The position numbers and the translations under genes are program-made. Below are positions 28,228 through 37,336 of a DNA stretch of 64,000 nucleotides, in pieces (the stretch's first letter is position 1; each line of letters starts with the position of its first letter). The notes below the pieces were generated by a model. It saw only the letters and a program-made list of their open reading frames with translations, made no database searches and was not told the DNA's origin. This DNA is from an uncultured Lacrimispora sp. (GTDB lineage Bacteria; Bacillota; Clostridia; Lachnospirales; Lachnospiraceae): contig CAYOCB010000019.1 of assembly GCA_964402355.1 (NCBI GenBank), forward strand, positions 9,684 through 73,683, read 5' to 3'.

Positions 28228-28343
28228 ATTGCAGAGCCGTATATGAGATCCGTACATACGGTTCAATGAGAGGGAAATAATTCTTAGTAATTATTTCTCT
28301 ACTCTATTTTATAAAGCATGGTTTATTCTACTTTTATGAAATG

Positions 28344-29078
28344 TTATTTTTCATTATTCAAAAAAAACAAATTCATATGTCTGAATCGATTAAACTCTTC
28401 TTTCGTTATCATCATTTCTTTTTTAACCAGATCTTCATCCCTGATAATTTCCGTTGATATAATTACCTTTGTTACATAAGGTGCAATCGGATTTGCAAGG
28501 AGCGCAATTAAGATGCCATATGTCTGTGTATTCTGATGCAGAGGCTTCAGGGCACAAATCGTCAGTCGGTCCACCATATTTACCTGATTAACCAGATTAT
28601 AGTATGTAATAAGATCATATGGAAGCATAGTGCCTTCATATACATAATCACAGTCGTTAAAATCCTGGTACGATTTCAGGCCAAGATAATAATAAGCGTG
28701 AAATTTTTCATCTACACTATCATAAATTGCTTTCAGATAAGACTTTATAACCTGTTTTTTTCTTCCATCATAATAGTATATATAGATATCTTTGTTTTCG
28801 TATGTATGATCCATACTTTGATTATTTGGCAGTTTCTTAGATGACTGAATGGTTTCAGGAAAGAAAACAAGCTTGTATACCGGAACATCTAACGCTTTTG
28901 CAATGTCGGACAGTGTATCAATATCAATTGTAACGCTTCCAAGTTCATACTTTGATACGGATGACTTGCTCTTATATATCTTATTTGCCAGATCTTCAAC
29001 AGACATATTCTTTTGCCGTCTATAATTTCGTATTTTATTACCTGTCATCTTTCGAATATTATCATCTTTAGCCGCCAT
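28344..29078 (-). CDS. XRE-family HTH transcriptional regulator (paralog of 24087-24809)
   Basis: IRNYRR...SVEDLA..I.KSKSSVSKYELG; shares YYYDGRKK, DL.TY..L.NQ.N, NP.AP with paralog. Confidence 0.9.
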   Translation of the reverse strand: MAAKDDNIRKMTGNKIRNYRRQKNMSVEDLANKIYKSKSSVSKYELGSVTIDIDTLSDIAKALDVPVYKLVFFPETIQSSKKLPNNQSMDHTYENKDIYIYYYDGRKKQVIKSYLKAIYDSVDEKFHAYYYLGLKSYQDFNDCDYVYEGTMLPYDLITYYNLVNQVNMVDRLTICALKPLHQNTQTYGILIALLANPIAPYVTKVIISTEIIRDEDLVKKEMMITKEEFNRFRHMNLFFLNNEK

Positions 29079-29163
29079 ACGTTTACACTTCCTTTTATTC
29101 TGCTATACTATTACGAATGAAAAATGTTATTCCATATTATATATCCGATCCTTCCTAAATGCA

Positions 29164-29200
29164 ACATCCTTCCCACATATTTTTTATGTGGAAAGGATGT
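29164..29200 (-). terminator. Probable terminator after liv operon
   Basis: ACATCCTTCCCACATA...TATGTGGAAAGGATGT inverted repeat. Confidence 0.65.
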
Positions 29201-29209
29201 CTGTGTTTA

Positions 29210-30346
29210 TTAATCATTATTTAAGATTACCCATTGATTATTCTCAGCTTTAAATCTCAGATAATCCTTTTGTACGTCTCCGTTTGTAAACTTATTTAAG
29301 CCTGTGATGCCATCATAACTAATATTTTCAAGGGCATCTCTTAAACTCTCTCTTGTAAGATTATTTCCGCATGTCTTCATTGCCTCAAAAGTTGTCATAG
29401 CAGCATCATAAGCAAGACCGGCCCAGTTACATGGTTCCTCATCATAAGCTTTTTTATATTCATCGACAAATGCTTTTACATTCGGTTTATCACTATTGCA
29501 TGTAAAGCCTCCAACTGTGTATGTACCGTCCACATCCTGATATTTAAAGATATCAGGAGAATAAATACTATCTCCCCCTATCATTGCTAAATCAGCACAA
29601 TTGTATGACATTTTCTGAGAACATATCAAGCCGGCCTCTGTTGCGTAACCGGCAATAAATATACCCTGGGCTCCTGAAGTGCTTACTGCTGTCAACTGTG
29701 TACTAAAATCGACTGTCTGAGCCTGAACATAAGATTGCTCGGTTGCTACTGTAATTCCAAGTTCCTTCGCTCTTTGTTCAAACATATCTTTTAACCCTTG
29801 CCCGTAATCATCATTCTGATATAAAACAGCTACTGATTTCAAACCGAGATCATTACAGAAATCCGCACACAAAATACCATTATAATCATCTGAAGCACAG
29901 GTTCTAAAGAAATATTTACTGATTCCTGAAAGTTTTGAATTGGAGGCTGTTGGTGATACTGATGGCAATCCGGCAGAATTAAAAATCGGAACCTGCGCCA
30001 ATGCGCATGAACTGTTGTATGACATAATCACACTCAAAACATTCTTATCATCAGCAAATTTATTTGCAATAGTCGCTGCCACGGTAGGCGTTCCCTGGTC
30101 ATCCTCTGACTTTAATGCAATCTTTTTACCATTAATTCCCCCTTCTGCATTAACCTGGTCGGCTGCCAGTTGAATTGCTTCAACAATCTGATTACCATCC
30201 GCTGCTATATTACCAGTCATTGGAAATGACGTTCCGATATATATGGTATCTGATGATGAATCTGTATTTTTGCATCCTGCGATACTAATAACCAAGGTAA
30301 AAACCAAACACAATACAATAGTCTTTTTTACAAAATTATTCTTCAT
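29210..30346 (-). CDS. livK: Branched-chain amino acid-type ABC transporter substrate-binding lipoprotein
   Basis: Lipobox IAGC; PMTG..A..G, GGINGKKI, DD.G.P, FFRT...D, YDA. Confidence 0.88.
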   Translation of the reverse strand: MKNNFVKKTIVLCLVFTLVISIAGCKNTDSSSDTIYIGTSFPMTGNIAADGNQIVEAIQLAADQVNAEGGINGKKIALKSEDDQGTPTVAATIANKFADDKNVLSVIMSYNSSCALAQVPIFNSAGLPSVSPTASNSKLSGISKYFFRTCASDDYNGILCADFCNDLGLKSVAVLYQNDDYGQGLKDMFEQRAKELGITVATEQSYVQAQTVDFSTQLTAVSTSGAQGIFIAGYATEAGLICSQKMSYNCADLAMIGGDSIYSPDIFKYQDVDGTYTVGGFTCNSDKPNVKAFVDEYKKAYDEEPCNWAGLAYDAAMTTFEAMKTCGNNLTRESLRDALENISYDGITGLNKFTNGDVQKDYLRFKAENNQWVILNND

Positions 30347-30388
30347 TCATGTACCCTCCTACATGTAAATTTCTATTTTAATATTTTT

Positions 30389-31114
30389 TTAAATACCCAA
30401 ATATGCTTTTTTGATTTTATCATCTTTTTTAAGATCCTTTGAATTACCTGAATTCACAATTTTTCCAACTTCAACTACGTAAGCTCTATTAGAAACAGTC
30501 AATGCCATTTGTGCGTTTTGCTCAACAATTAAAATTGTTGTATGATTTTCATTGTTAATTTTTCTGATAATTTTAAAAATTTCTTCTACAATGACTGGTG
30601 CGAGACCCATAGATGGTTCATCAAGCAGCAATACTTTGGGCCGGGCCATCAGCGCTCTTCCAATTGCCAGCATTTGCTGCTCACCACCTGAAAGAGTTCC
30701 GCCTATCTGTTTTTTTCTCTCTAAAAGTCTTGGAAATAAATGGTATACCCACTTCATATCTTTCTTAATTTCTTCTTTGTCTTTTCTAAGATAAGCGCCA
30801 AGACTTAAATTTTCTTCAACTGTCAGGATTGAAAAAATACCTCTTCCTTCCGGAACCTGTGATATTCCCTTTTTAACCAGCTTATGAACATCCACTTTGG
30901 ATATCTCTTCTCCGCAATACATGATGGACCCCTTATTTGGCTTTAATAATCCTGAGATTGTATGAAGTGTAGTTGTCTTTCCCGCTCCATTTGGCCCAAT
31001 GATTGCAACCACTTCCCCCTCATCAACGTCAAATGATATTGCATCAAGTGCAGGTACAATTCCGTAACTTACTGATAAGTCCTTGATTTCTAAAATATGT
31101 TCCACAGCTCTCAC
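30389..31114 (-). CDS. livF: Liv-type ABC transporter ATPase
   Basis: GPNGAGKTT, VPEGRGIF, LSGGEQQMLAIGRALM, LLDEPSMGLAP. Confidence 0.95.
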   Translation of the reverse strand: MRAVEHILEIKDLSVSYGIVPALDAISFDVDEGEVVAIIGPNGAGKTTTLHTISGLLKPNKGSIMYCGEEISKVDVHKLVKKGISQVPEGRGIFSILTVEENLSLGAYLRKDKEEIKKDMKWVYHLFPRLLERKKQIGGTLSGGEQQMLAIGRALMARPKVLLLDEPSMGLAPVIVEEIFKIIRKINNENHTTILIVEQNAQMALTVSNRAYVVEVGKIVNSGNSKDLKKDDKIKKAYLGI

Positions 31115-31932
31115 TCCTTTCCGAAATCTCCGCCATCTTTTTCTGTGTTTTCCTCATTGCTCTCATCCTTAAATTCACCACTTCCAAGATATGCTTCAAT
31201 AACTTTAGGATTAATCTGTATTTCCGAGGGCAAACCCTCTGCAATCTTCATTCCATGATCCAGCACAACAATTCTGTCGGAAATACCCATTACAAATTTC
31301 ATATCATGTTCAATAATTAAAACATTAATCTTCATTTTATTTGTAATACAGTGAATAACATCTGTCAGTTCTTCTTTTTCGAAATTATTCATTCCTGCAC
31401 CAGGCTCATCAAGGAGAAGAAGCCTGGGTTTCGTAGCAAGACCACGGGCAATTTCCAGTAATCTCTGTTTTCCATATGGCAGGTTAATGGCAAGTTCGTC
31501 TACTTTCTCATTAAGTCCAACGATTTTTAATAATTCCTCACATTCATCAATTGTTTTTCTTCTCTTTTTGGATATGGGTGTAAAAATAGCTGAAATTAAC
31601 TTCTCCTGATTGCATCCAGGATGGGCAATTAAAACATTTTCAAGTACTGTCATGCTTTTGATCAACCGGATATTTTGAAATGTTCTCGCAATACCTGCTT
31701 TCACTCTGTCATAAGCTTCCATTTTGGTAATGTCTTTTTCATAGAACTTAATCGTTCCCATCGTTGGCTTATATACGCCTGCCAGCAAATTGAAAAATGT
31801 TGTCTTTCCTGCACCATTTGGCCCTATAAGTGAAACGATTTCTCCTTCATTTTGATCAAAATCCACTTCCTTTACTGCAATTAATCCACCGAACTGGATT
31901 GTTGCTGATTTAATCTGCAATACTTTTTCCAT
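31111..31932 (-). CDS. livG: Liv-type ABC transporter ATPase
   Basis: FGGL.AV, GIARTFQNIRL, LPYG.QR.LEIAR, EHDM, VIEAYLG. Confidence 0.95.
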   Translation of the reverse strand: MEKVLQIKSATIQFGGLIAVKEVDFDQNEGEIVSLIGPNGAGKTTFFNLLAGVYKPTMGTIKFYEKDITKMEAYDRVKAGIARTFQNIRLIKSMTVLENVLIAHPGCNQEKLISAIFTPISKKRRKTIDECEELLKIVGLNEKVDELAINLPYGKQRLLEIARGLATKPRLLLLDEPGAGMNNFEKEELTDVIHCITNKMKINVLIIEHDMKFVMGISDRIVVLDHGMKIAEGLPSEIQINPKVIEAYLGSGEFKDESNEENTEKDGGDFGKE

Positions 31933-32914
31933 ACTTTTTACCTCGCATTGCTTTTATTTTGTATTCATTTTTCATTCTCTTGTTTCTGCCCCACAAACCT
32001 TCTGGTCTGAATATCATCATGATAACCATAGCGATCCCATAGATCACCATTCTCCATTGACTAAAAGACCGAAGTAATTCTGGCAATGCAGTCAATATAC
32101 AGGCACCGATAACGGAACCCGGAATACTTCCTAACCCACCAAGTACAACCATTGAAACCATATTGATGGATTCTGCATAATCAAAACTTTTTGGAGCGAT
32201 AATTGAAAGATATACTGCATAAAAGCTGCCTATTACGGACGCCATACAACCTCCGATAACAAATGCCCATAACTTATATTTTTTCTTATCAAGACCAATG
32301 GCAGTTGCTGCAATATCATCCTCATTAACTGTCATCATAGCCATACCAAATCCCGAATTGTTCAGTCTTAGCATAAAAGCTACAAACAATACCAACAAAA
32401 TAAGTGCAAAATAATAAAACATAGGTTTACCGGTTATCATCACTCCAAATATCACTGGTTTATCAATACCGTAAAATCCGGTCGCACCATTTGTAATCTT
32501 AGAATTTGTAAGGAATAATCGAAATACTTCTCCGAATCCTAATGTAACAACCGCAACATAATCACCCCTCAGCTTTAAAGTGGGTAAACAAAGGAGTGCA
32601 GCAAAAATACCTGTGATTACGACCCCTGCGAGCATTGCCAGAAAAAAATCAACATGATAATTTTTCATAAGAATTGCTGTAACATAGGCTCCCATACCAT
32701 AGAAACATACATGACCCAGTGAAAACTGTCCTGACCAGCCAATAATCAGATTTAAGCTTAATGCTAAACAGGAATACATAAAACATAGAATAATAACATT
32801 TAATATATACTGCTGGCTTATGATCAAAGGAAGAAGTCCTAATATAACAACAAGTATAAGCAAGCATATATTTTTCTGAATATAACTTAGTTTCAACTTT
32901 TTAACTTTTTTCAT
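31910..32914 (-). CDS. livM: Liv-type ABC transporter permease
   Basis: GQFSLGH, LRGDY.AVVTLGFGE, VVLGGLGS..G, RPEGL. Confidence 0.93.
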   Translation of the reverse strand: MKKVKKLKLSYIQKNICLLILVVILGLLPLIISQQYILNVIILCFMYSCLALSLNLIIGWSGQFSLGHVCFYGMGAYVTAILMKNYHVDFFLAMLAGVVITGIFAALLCLPTLKLRGDYVAVVTLGFGEVFRLFLTNSKITNGATGFYGIDKPVIFGVMITGKPMFYYFALILLVLFVAFMLRLNNSGFGMAMMTVNEDDIAATAIGLDKKKYKLWAFVIGGCMASVIGSFYAVYLSIIAPKSFDYAESINMVSMVVLGGLGSIPGSVIGACILTALPELLRSFSQWRMVIYGIAMVIMMIFRPEGLWGRNKRMKNEYKIKAMRGKKYGKSIAD

Positions 32915-32925
32915 TTTCTGCCTCC

Positions 32926-33798
32926 TTACACCTTATCAATATGCTTGGCTCCCATTAGACCGGATGGTCTGATCGCAAGAATGCCAATCATTACAATAAA
33001 TGCATAGGCATCTCTGTAATCCGATGATATGTAACCTGCCCCCAGGCTTTCTATGATACCAATCAGGAATCCACCGGCAACAGAACCCGGAATAGAGCCA
33101 ATTCCTCCTAATATAGCTGCGGCAAACGCTTTCATACCTAACAAATAACCCATTGTTGGATATACTGCATTGTAATAAGTGCCAACACAAACACCTGCAA
33201 CACCTGCCATGAATGCACCAGCTCCAAATGTTAAAGAAATAATTTTATTTGTATTAACACCCATCAGTTTTGCATTCTCAATGCTGACCGAACAAGCTCT
33301 CATTGCAATTCCCATATTTGTTCTATAAACTAATATATAAAGGATTAAAAGCATAAGAGCCGTAACAGTGACAATAATAATCTGAATATTTGTAAAGGTT
33401 ATCCCACCAAACTTATAAATAACGTTGTCTAATGTTACAAAATTCTGATTACTGCTTCCAAATAAAATCTGTGCGAAATTTTGTAAAAATGTTGACATTC
33501 CTAATGCACTTACCAATACAGCCATTCTTCTATTTGTTGATTTAATAGGCCGATACGCGGTTTTTTCTACTGTAATACCTAATACAGCTGTAAATAATGC
33601 TGCCAGCAAAACCATCGGAATGATTGGCAGCCCTAACCTGGTTGTTAAAAGCATTCCAATAAATGTTCCAAACATTAAGACATCTGCATGTGCCCAGTTA
33701 ACGATTTGAAGTACACCATATACCATAGAATATCCTAAAGCAACCATAGCATAGATTCCTCCAACAATGATTCCATTTAATAACTGTTGTGCAAACAT
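32926..33798 (-). CDS. livH: Liv-type ABC transporter permease
   Basis: QQLLNG...G.IYA.VALGY.MVYG, NWAH, KAFAAAILGGIGS, RPSGL. Confidence 0.94.
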   Translation of the reverse strand: MFAQQLLNGIIVGGIYAMVALGYSMVYGVLQIVNWAHADVLMFGTFIGMLLTTRLGLPIIPMVLLAALFTAVLGITVEKTAYRPIKSTNRRMAVLVSALGMSTFLQNFAQILFGSSNQNFVTLDNVIYKFGGITFTNIQIIIVTVTALMLLILYILVYRTNMGIAMRACSVSIENAKLMGVNTNKIISLTFGAGAFMAGVAGVCVGTYYNAVYPTMGYLLGMKAFAAAILGGIGSIPGSVAGGFLIGIIESLGAGYISSDYRDAYAFIVMIGILAIRPSGLMGAKHIDKV

Positions 33799-33823
33799 AT
33801 ACTGACCTCCTTTTTTTCTTTTA

Positions 33824-33905
33824 CATCTTCAATTACATACCCGCCAGTATGTAATTGAAGATGCAAATAAGGCGCATTTAATAATAATTAAATGCGCCTT
33901 TGCAC
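33824..33905 (-). promoter_or_regulatory. Two tandem hairpins upstream of livH; upstream one terminator-like with overlapping ANTAR-like hairpin
   Basis: 17-bp IR 33824-33863; 14-bp IR 33869-33900; GTGC-AAAGGC-GCAT (33905-33892). Confidence 0.6.
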
Positions 33906-33989
33906 TTTGGTAACAATTAACTTTGAGAGATAGTTTTTCGTTTTTCCAAATAGCATATTTTAAAATATAGTCCATATCTGTCTGTAAAA

Positions 33990-34904
33990 CTAATTATAAT
34001 TAATCAACAGCTTATCACATGCATATGATGAAAATGCAATCATTATCAAAATGAAAACCATGCCAGCAATATCATAAACATTTATGGGAGTACCATTAAA
34101 AATCACTGACAATACAAATGTGGCTAATAACTCACTGCTGGACAAAATACTTGCTAAAGCACCATTGATCAGCCGCACCGCACAAGTGTATGTATAGTAT
34201 GGTAAAACTGCGCCTGCAACGATCACAAGTACAAGTGCACAAAAGCTCTTTGCATCAAAATGAACGGAAATTTTCCAAAATCTGGTTATCAGGCCAAGAA
34301 GGGACCCGCCAACCAGCGAAGCCATACCAACGATAAACAGCGTATCCCATTTCAGCGAAAGCCCTTCTGAATTCAACGTATAAAATGCCAGAAATAAAGC
34401 CGAAGCCAATCCTGTAATCATCGCACTGACCGTAAACGTAAGCTTGCTTACGTCTCCATGGGTTGCCAGTAATAGTACACCTGACAGCGCACACAACAGT
34501 GCTATTATCATGGAAATTCCAGGATAACGGAATTTACGTATACATACTATAATCAATACAAAAGCAGGTGCGAGGTATTGTAAAAATGTTGCAGTAGGTG
34601 CGTTAGAATAATCCAGTGTAATCCAGAAAAAATACTGTGCTCCGGCTAACACGACTGATTCAATCCCAATCAGAACCACCCAGTCTTTTTTTGTTATATT
34701 ACCTGTTCGCTTCCCATTTCGCATTCGATAAACGGACAATAGAATGATTCCACTTACAATCATTCTTACAGGAAGGAGCCAATTCACCTCCATATTGTAC
34801 ACATCAAACAGAATTTGTCCGCTGACACTACTGACTGCCCATAAAATACCGCTTAAAAGTGCTAGTAGTATTCCTCTTAGTTCTCCGTTTTTTTTATCTT
34901 TAAT
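33990..34904 (-). CDS. EamA/DMT-family transporter
   Basis: Multiple TM segments, AT.LQYLAP, S.L...E motifs; first helix (RGILLALLSGILWAVS) lies upstream of GTG 34802, so start tentatively set at ATT 34904. Confidence 0.8.
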   Translation of the reverse strand: MKDKKNGELRGILLALLSGILWAVSSVSGQILFDVYNMEVNWLLPVRMIVSGIILLSVYRMRNGKRTGNITKKDWVVLIGIESVVLAGAQYFFWITLDYSNAPTATFLQYLAPAFVLIIVCIRKFRYPGISMIIALLCALSGVLLLATHGDVSKLTFTVSAMITGLASALFLAFYTLNSEGLSLKWDTLFIVGMASLVGGSLLGLITRFWKISVHFDAKSFCALVLVIVAGAVLPYYTYTCAVRLINGALASILSSSELLATFVLSVIFNGTPINVYDIAGMVFILIMIAFSSYACDKLLINYN

Positions 34905-34910
34905 TTTGTT

Positions 34911-36317
34911 TTATCTCCTTTTGGGCATAATATGTATTGCTTCCCCATGACTGTCTTCCACTGCTTCTGCAATTGATTCACTAAAAGTCGGATGTGCTTT
35001 CATTGCTTTTAACATCTGCTTTGAAGTTAAGCCATTTGCAATGGAAAGCGCCATCTCACCTACCAGATCAGTCGCTCTCCCGCACATCATATGAGCACCA
35101 AGAATTTTATCAGTCTCTTTATCAAAAATCAACTTGACAAATCCCCTGTCCTGCTTTTCTATAATGGATTTGGAATTAGCGGTGGTAATAAATTTGCCGA
35201 CACGAGTTGCTATCTGATGATTCTTTGCATACTCTTCTGTTATACCCACACATGCAATCTCCGGATCCGTATATACGCAGGAGGGGACCACACTTAAATC
35301 CTGTTCCGGCGTCAAACCTGACATCTTTTCCACTGCGTAGATTCCCTGTGCACTGGCAACATGTGCCAGTTGAATTCCCTTAATTGCATCTCCAATCGCA
35401 AAAATTCCAGGTATTGATGTTTCGAATGATTCGTTTACCAGAATTTTTCCGTTTTCCATATCCACAGATAACCCTTCTGCGAATAAATCATCTGTATTAG
35501 ACCTTCTGCCGATTGCAGCCATGACATATGCTGCCGTAACCGTATGCATTTCTTCCTTCAACTGGAACACACAATCAAGGCCTTCTTCTGACTGTACAAT
35601 TTTCTCTACCTTGGCATCTGTATAAATCTCAATGCCGCGCTTTTTCATAATCATCTTCAGATTTTGTGAAATATCCTTATCCATCGTTGGCAAGATCCGT
35701 GACATTGCTTCGACAATGGTTACCTTACAGCCGACTGCATTCAGAACAAGAGCAAACTCACAGCTGATAACACCGCCGCCTATAATAATCATACTTCCAT
35801 CACAATAAGAATAATCTGAAAGAAGATCATCACTGGTAATCACACCATTAAGACCGACTCCGGGAATAGAAGGAATCAACGGCTTGGAACCTGTAGCTAT
35901 CATAATTTTACCAGTCTCAAGTGTTATCATTTCCTGCTCACTTTCAACAATTACACGATGATTACTCTCTATTTTAGCCCGCCCCCGTACCAGTGTTACT
36001 TTATTTCCACTCAGTAATTGTTCTACACCGCCTCTGAGCTGTTCTACAACCTCATTCTTATACTGATACATTTGAGGCAGATTGATTGTTACCTTATTTG
36101 CTGATATGCCCATATGTTCTGCCATCTCAAACATTCTGAATGTCTGCAGTGCATGAATCAATGTCTTTGTCGGAACACAACCTCTGTTAAGACATGTACC
36201 TCCAACATCCTGACTTTCTACAATTGCTACTTTCATCCCAAGTTTCGCTGCTTTAATTGCCGAAACATATCCTCCAGGACCTGAGCCAATCATTACAAGA
36301 TCATATTTCTCACTCAT
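34911..36317 (-). CDS. lpdA: Dihydrolipoyl dehydrogenase (L protein)
   Basis: GSGPGGY, GGTCLNRGCVP, AHPT.SE. Confidence 0.96.
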   Translation of the reverse strand: MSEKYDLVMIGSGPGGYVSAIKAAKLGMKVAIVESQDVGGTCLNRGCVPTKTLIHALQTFRMFEMAEHMGISANKVTINLPQMYQYKNEVVEQLRGGVEQLLSGNKVTLVRGRAKIESNHRVIVESEQEMITLETGKIMIATGSKPLIPSIPGVGLNGVITSDDLLSDYSYCDGSMIIIGGGVISCEFALVLNAVGCKVTIVEAMSRILPTMDKDISQNLKMIMKKRGIEIYTDAKVEKIVQSEEGLDCVFQLKEEMHTVTAAYVMAAIGRRSNTDDLFAEGLSVDMENGKILVNESFETSIPGIFAIGDAIKGIQLAHVASAQGIYAVEKMSGLTPEQDLSVVPSCVYTDPEIACVGITEEYAKNHQIATRVGKFITTANSKSIIEKQDRGFVKLIFDKETDKILGAHMMCGRATDLVGEMALSIANGLTSKQMLKAMKAHPTFSESIAEAVEDSHGEAIHIMPKRR

Positions 36318-36329
36318 AATAGTTTCTCC

Positions 36330-37325
36330 TTAGATTTTTTCATTAATCAATGCTTCCATATCTAAAATAATCGTACTTTCATTTTCATCAGATACCTGAA
36401 TTTTGCTGATTATTTCATGAATATCATTTTTGTTATAACGGCATCCAATCAGGGATTCCTTAATTTTTCCGAAAATGAACGGATTCATGGAATCGGAATA
36501 CACTTCACAGGCTTTGATAAGACCTTTGTCTACATGAAAGCAAAATCCAACATCACCCCATAGAAATCTCTTATTAAATTCATATTCAAAGGCGATTTTT
36601 CTTCCATATTTCCATTCCCAGGAATCATATTTCTGCTCAAGGGAAGCAATCTCTTCCTTATTAAATAGGGTTTCATTTAACATGCCAGGCATACCTTCAT
36701 ACACCTCACCAAAAGCTTCAATCAGTTTTTCTTTCAATTCTGCAATGGTAATATCCTTTTTAAAATCTGAAAGATTGGCAACTCTGGACTTCACGGAAGC
36801 CACACCTTTCATCTCCAGTTTGTCTTTCGAAACATTAAGATATCTTGATAATTTTGATACATCTACATTCACCATTATGGTTCCATGATGATAGCTTAAA
36901 TTTCCTTTTTCATAAAATGCATTTCCTGAAAACTTTTTACCATCTACAGTAATATCATTTCTTCCTGTCTTCTGTGCTGTGATTCCAAGCTTTTTGACCG
37001 CTTCAATAATAACCTGAAGCTGTTTATCAAGATTGTAATTTTCTGTTCGGACCAGAAATGTAAAATTCAAATTACCAAGATCATGATATACGGCACCGCC
37101 CCCTGACAGGCGTCTGCAGAGGAAACCGTCATTCTGTTCCAGATCATCAATCTTACATTCCTTCCAACTATTCTGATTTCTTCCAATAACAACCGTATTC
37201 TGGTTCTGCCATAAGTATAGAATACATTCGCTTTCTTTTACGTGAAGAAGCAGATATTCCTCCAGACCAAGATTATGATATGGATTAACGCTGTCACTTA
37301 AGTAGTAAGTCAATTGATTTATCAT
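36330..37325 (-). CDS. lplA: Lipoate-protein ligase A
   Basis: VVIGRNQN, RRLSGGGAVYHDLGN, GRND, KFSGNA, SVKSRV. Confidence 0.95.
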   Translation of the reverse strand: MINQLTYYLSDSVNPYHNLGLEEYLLLHVKESECILYLWQNQNTVVIGRNQNSWKECKIDDLEQNDGFLCRRLSGGGAVYHDLGNLNFTFLVRTENYNLDKQLQVIIEAVKKLGITAQKTGRNDITVDGKKFSGNAFYEKGNLSYHHGTIMVNVDVSKLSRYLNVSKDKLEMKGVASVKSRVANLSDFKKDITIAELKEKLIEAFGEVYEGMPGMLNETLFNKEEIASLEQKYDSWEWKYGRKIAFEYEFNKRFLWGDVGFCFHVDKGLIKACEVYSDSMNPFIFGKIKESLIGCRYNKNDIHEIISKIQVSDENESTIILDMEALINEKI

Positions 37326-37336
37326 ATACTCTCCTA

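Larger units (their letters stand above)
26788..28307 (+). mobile_element. Group II (class C-like) intron remnant lacking most of its RT ORF
   Basis: 5' GTGTGCCAGGTATGGCAC...GAGTGAAAGT starts after a 3-nt spacer following a terminator; domain V GAGCCGTATATGAGATCCGTACATACGGTTC (28234-28264); domain VI with bulged A (28301) ending ACTCTAT (28307). Confidence 0.85.

Noticed and set aside
26788..28307. Active autonomous group II intron
   Set aside because: No RT domain (no YADD) and the 5' ribozyme part appears too short.
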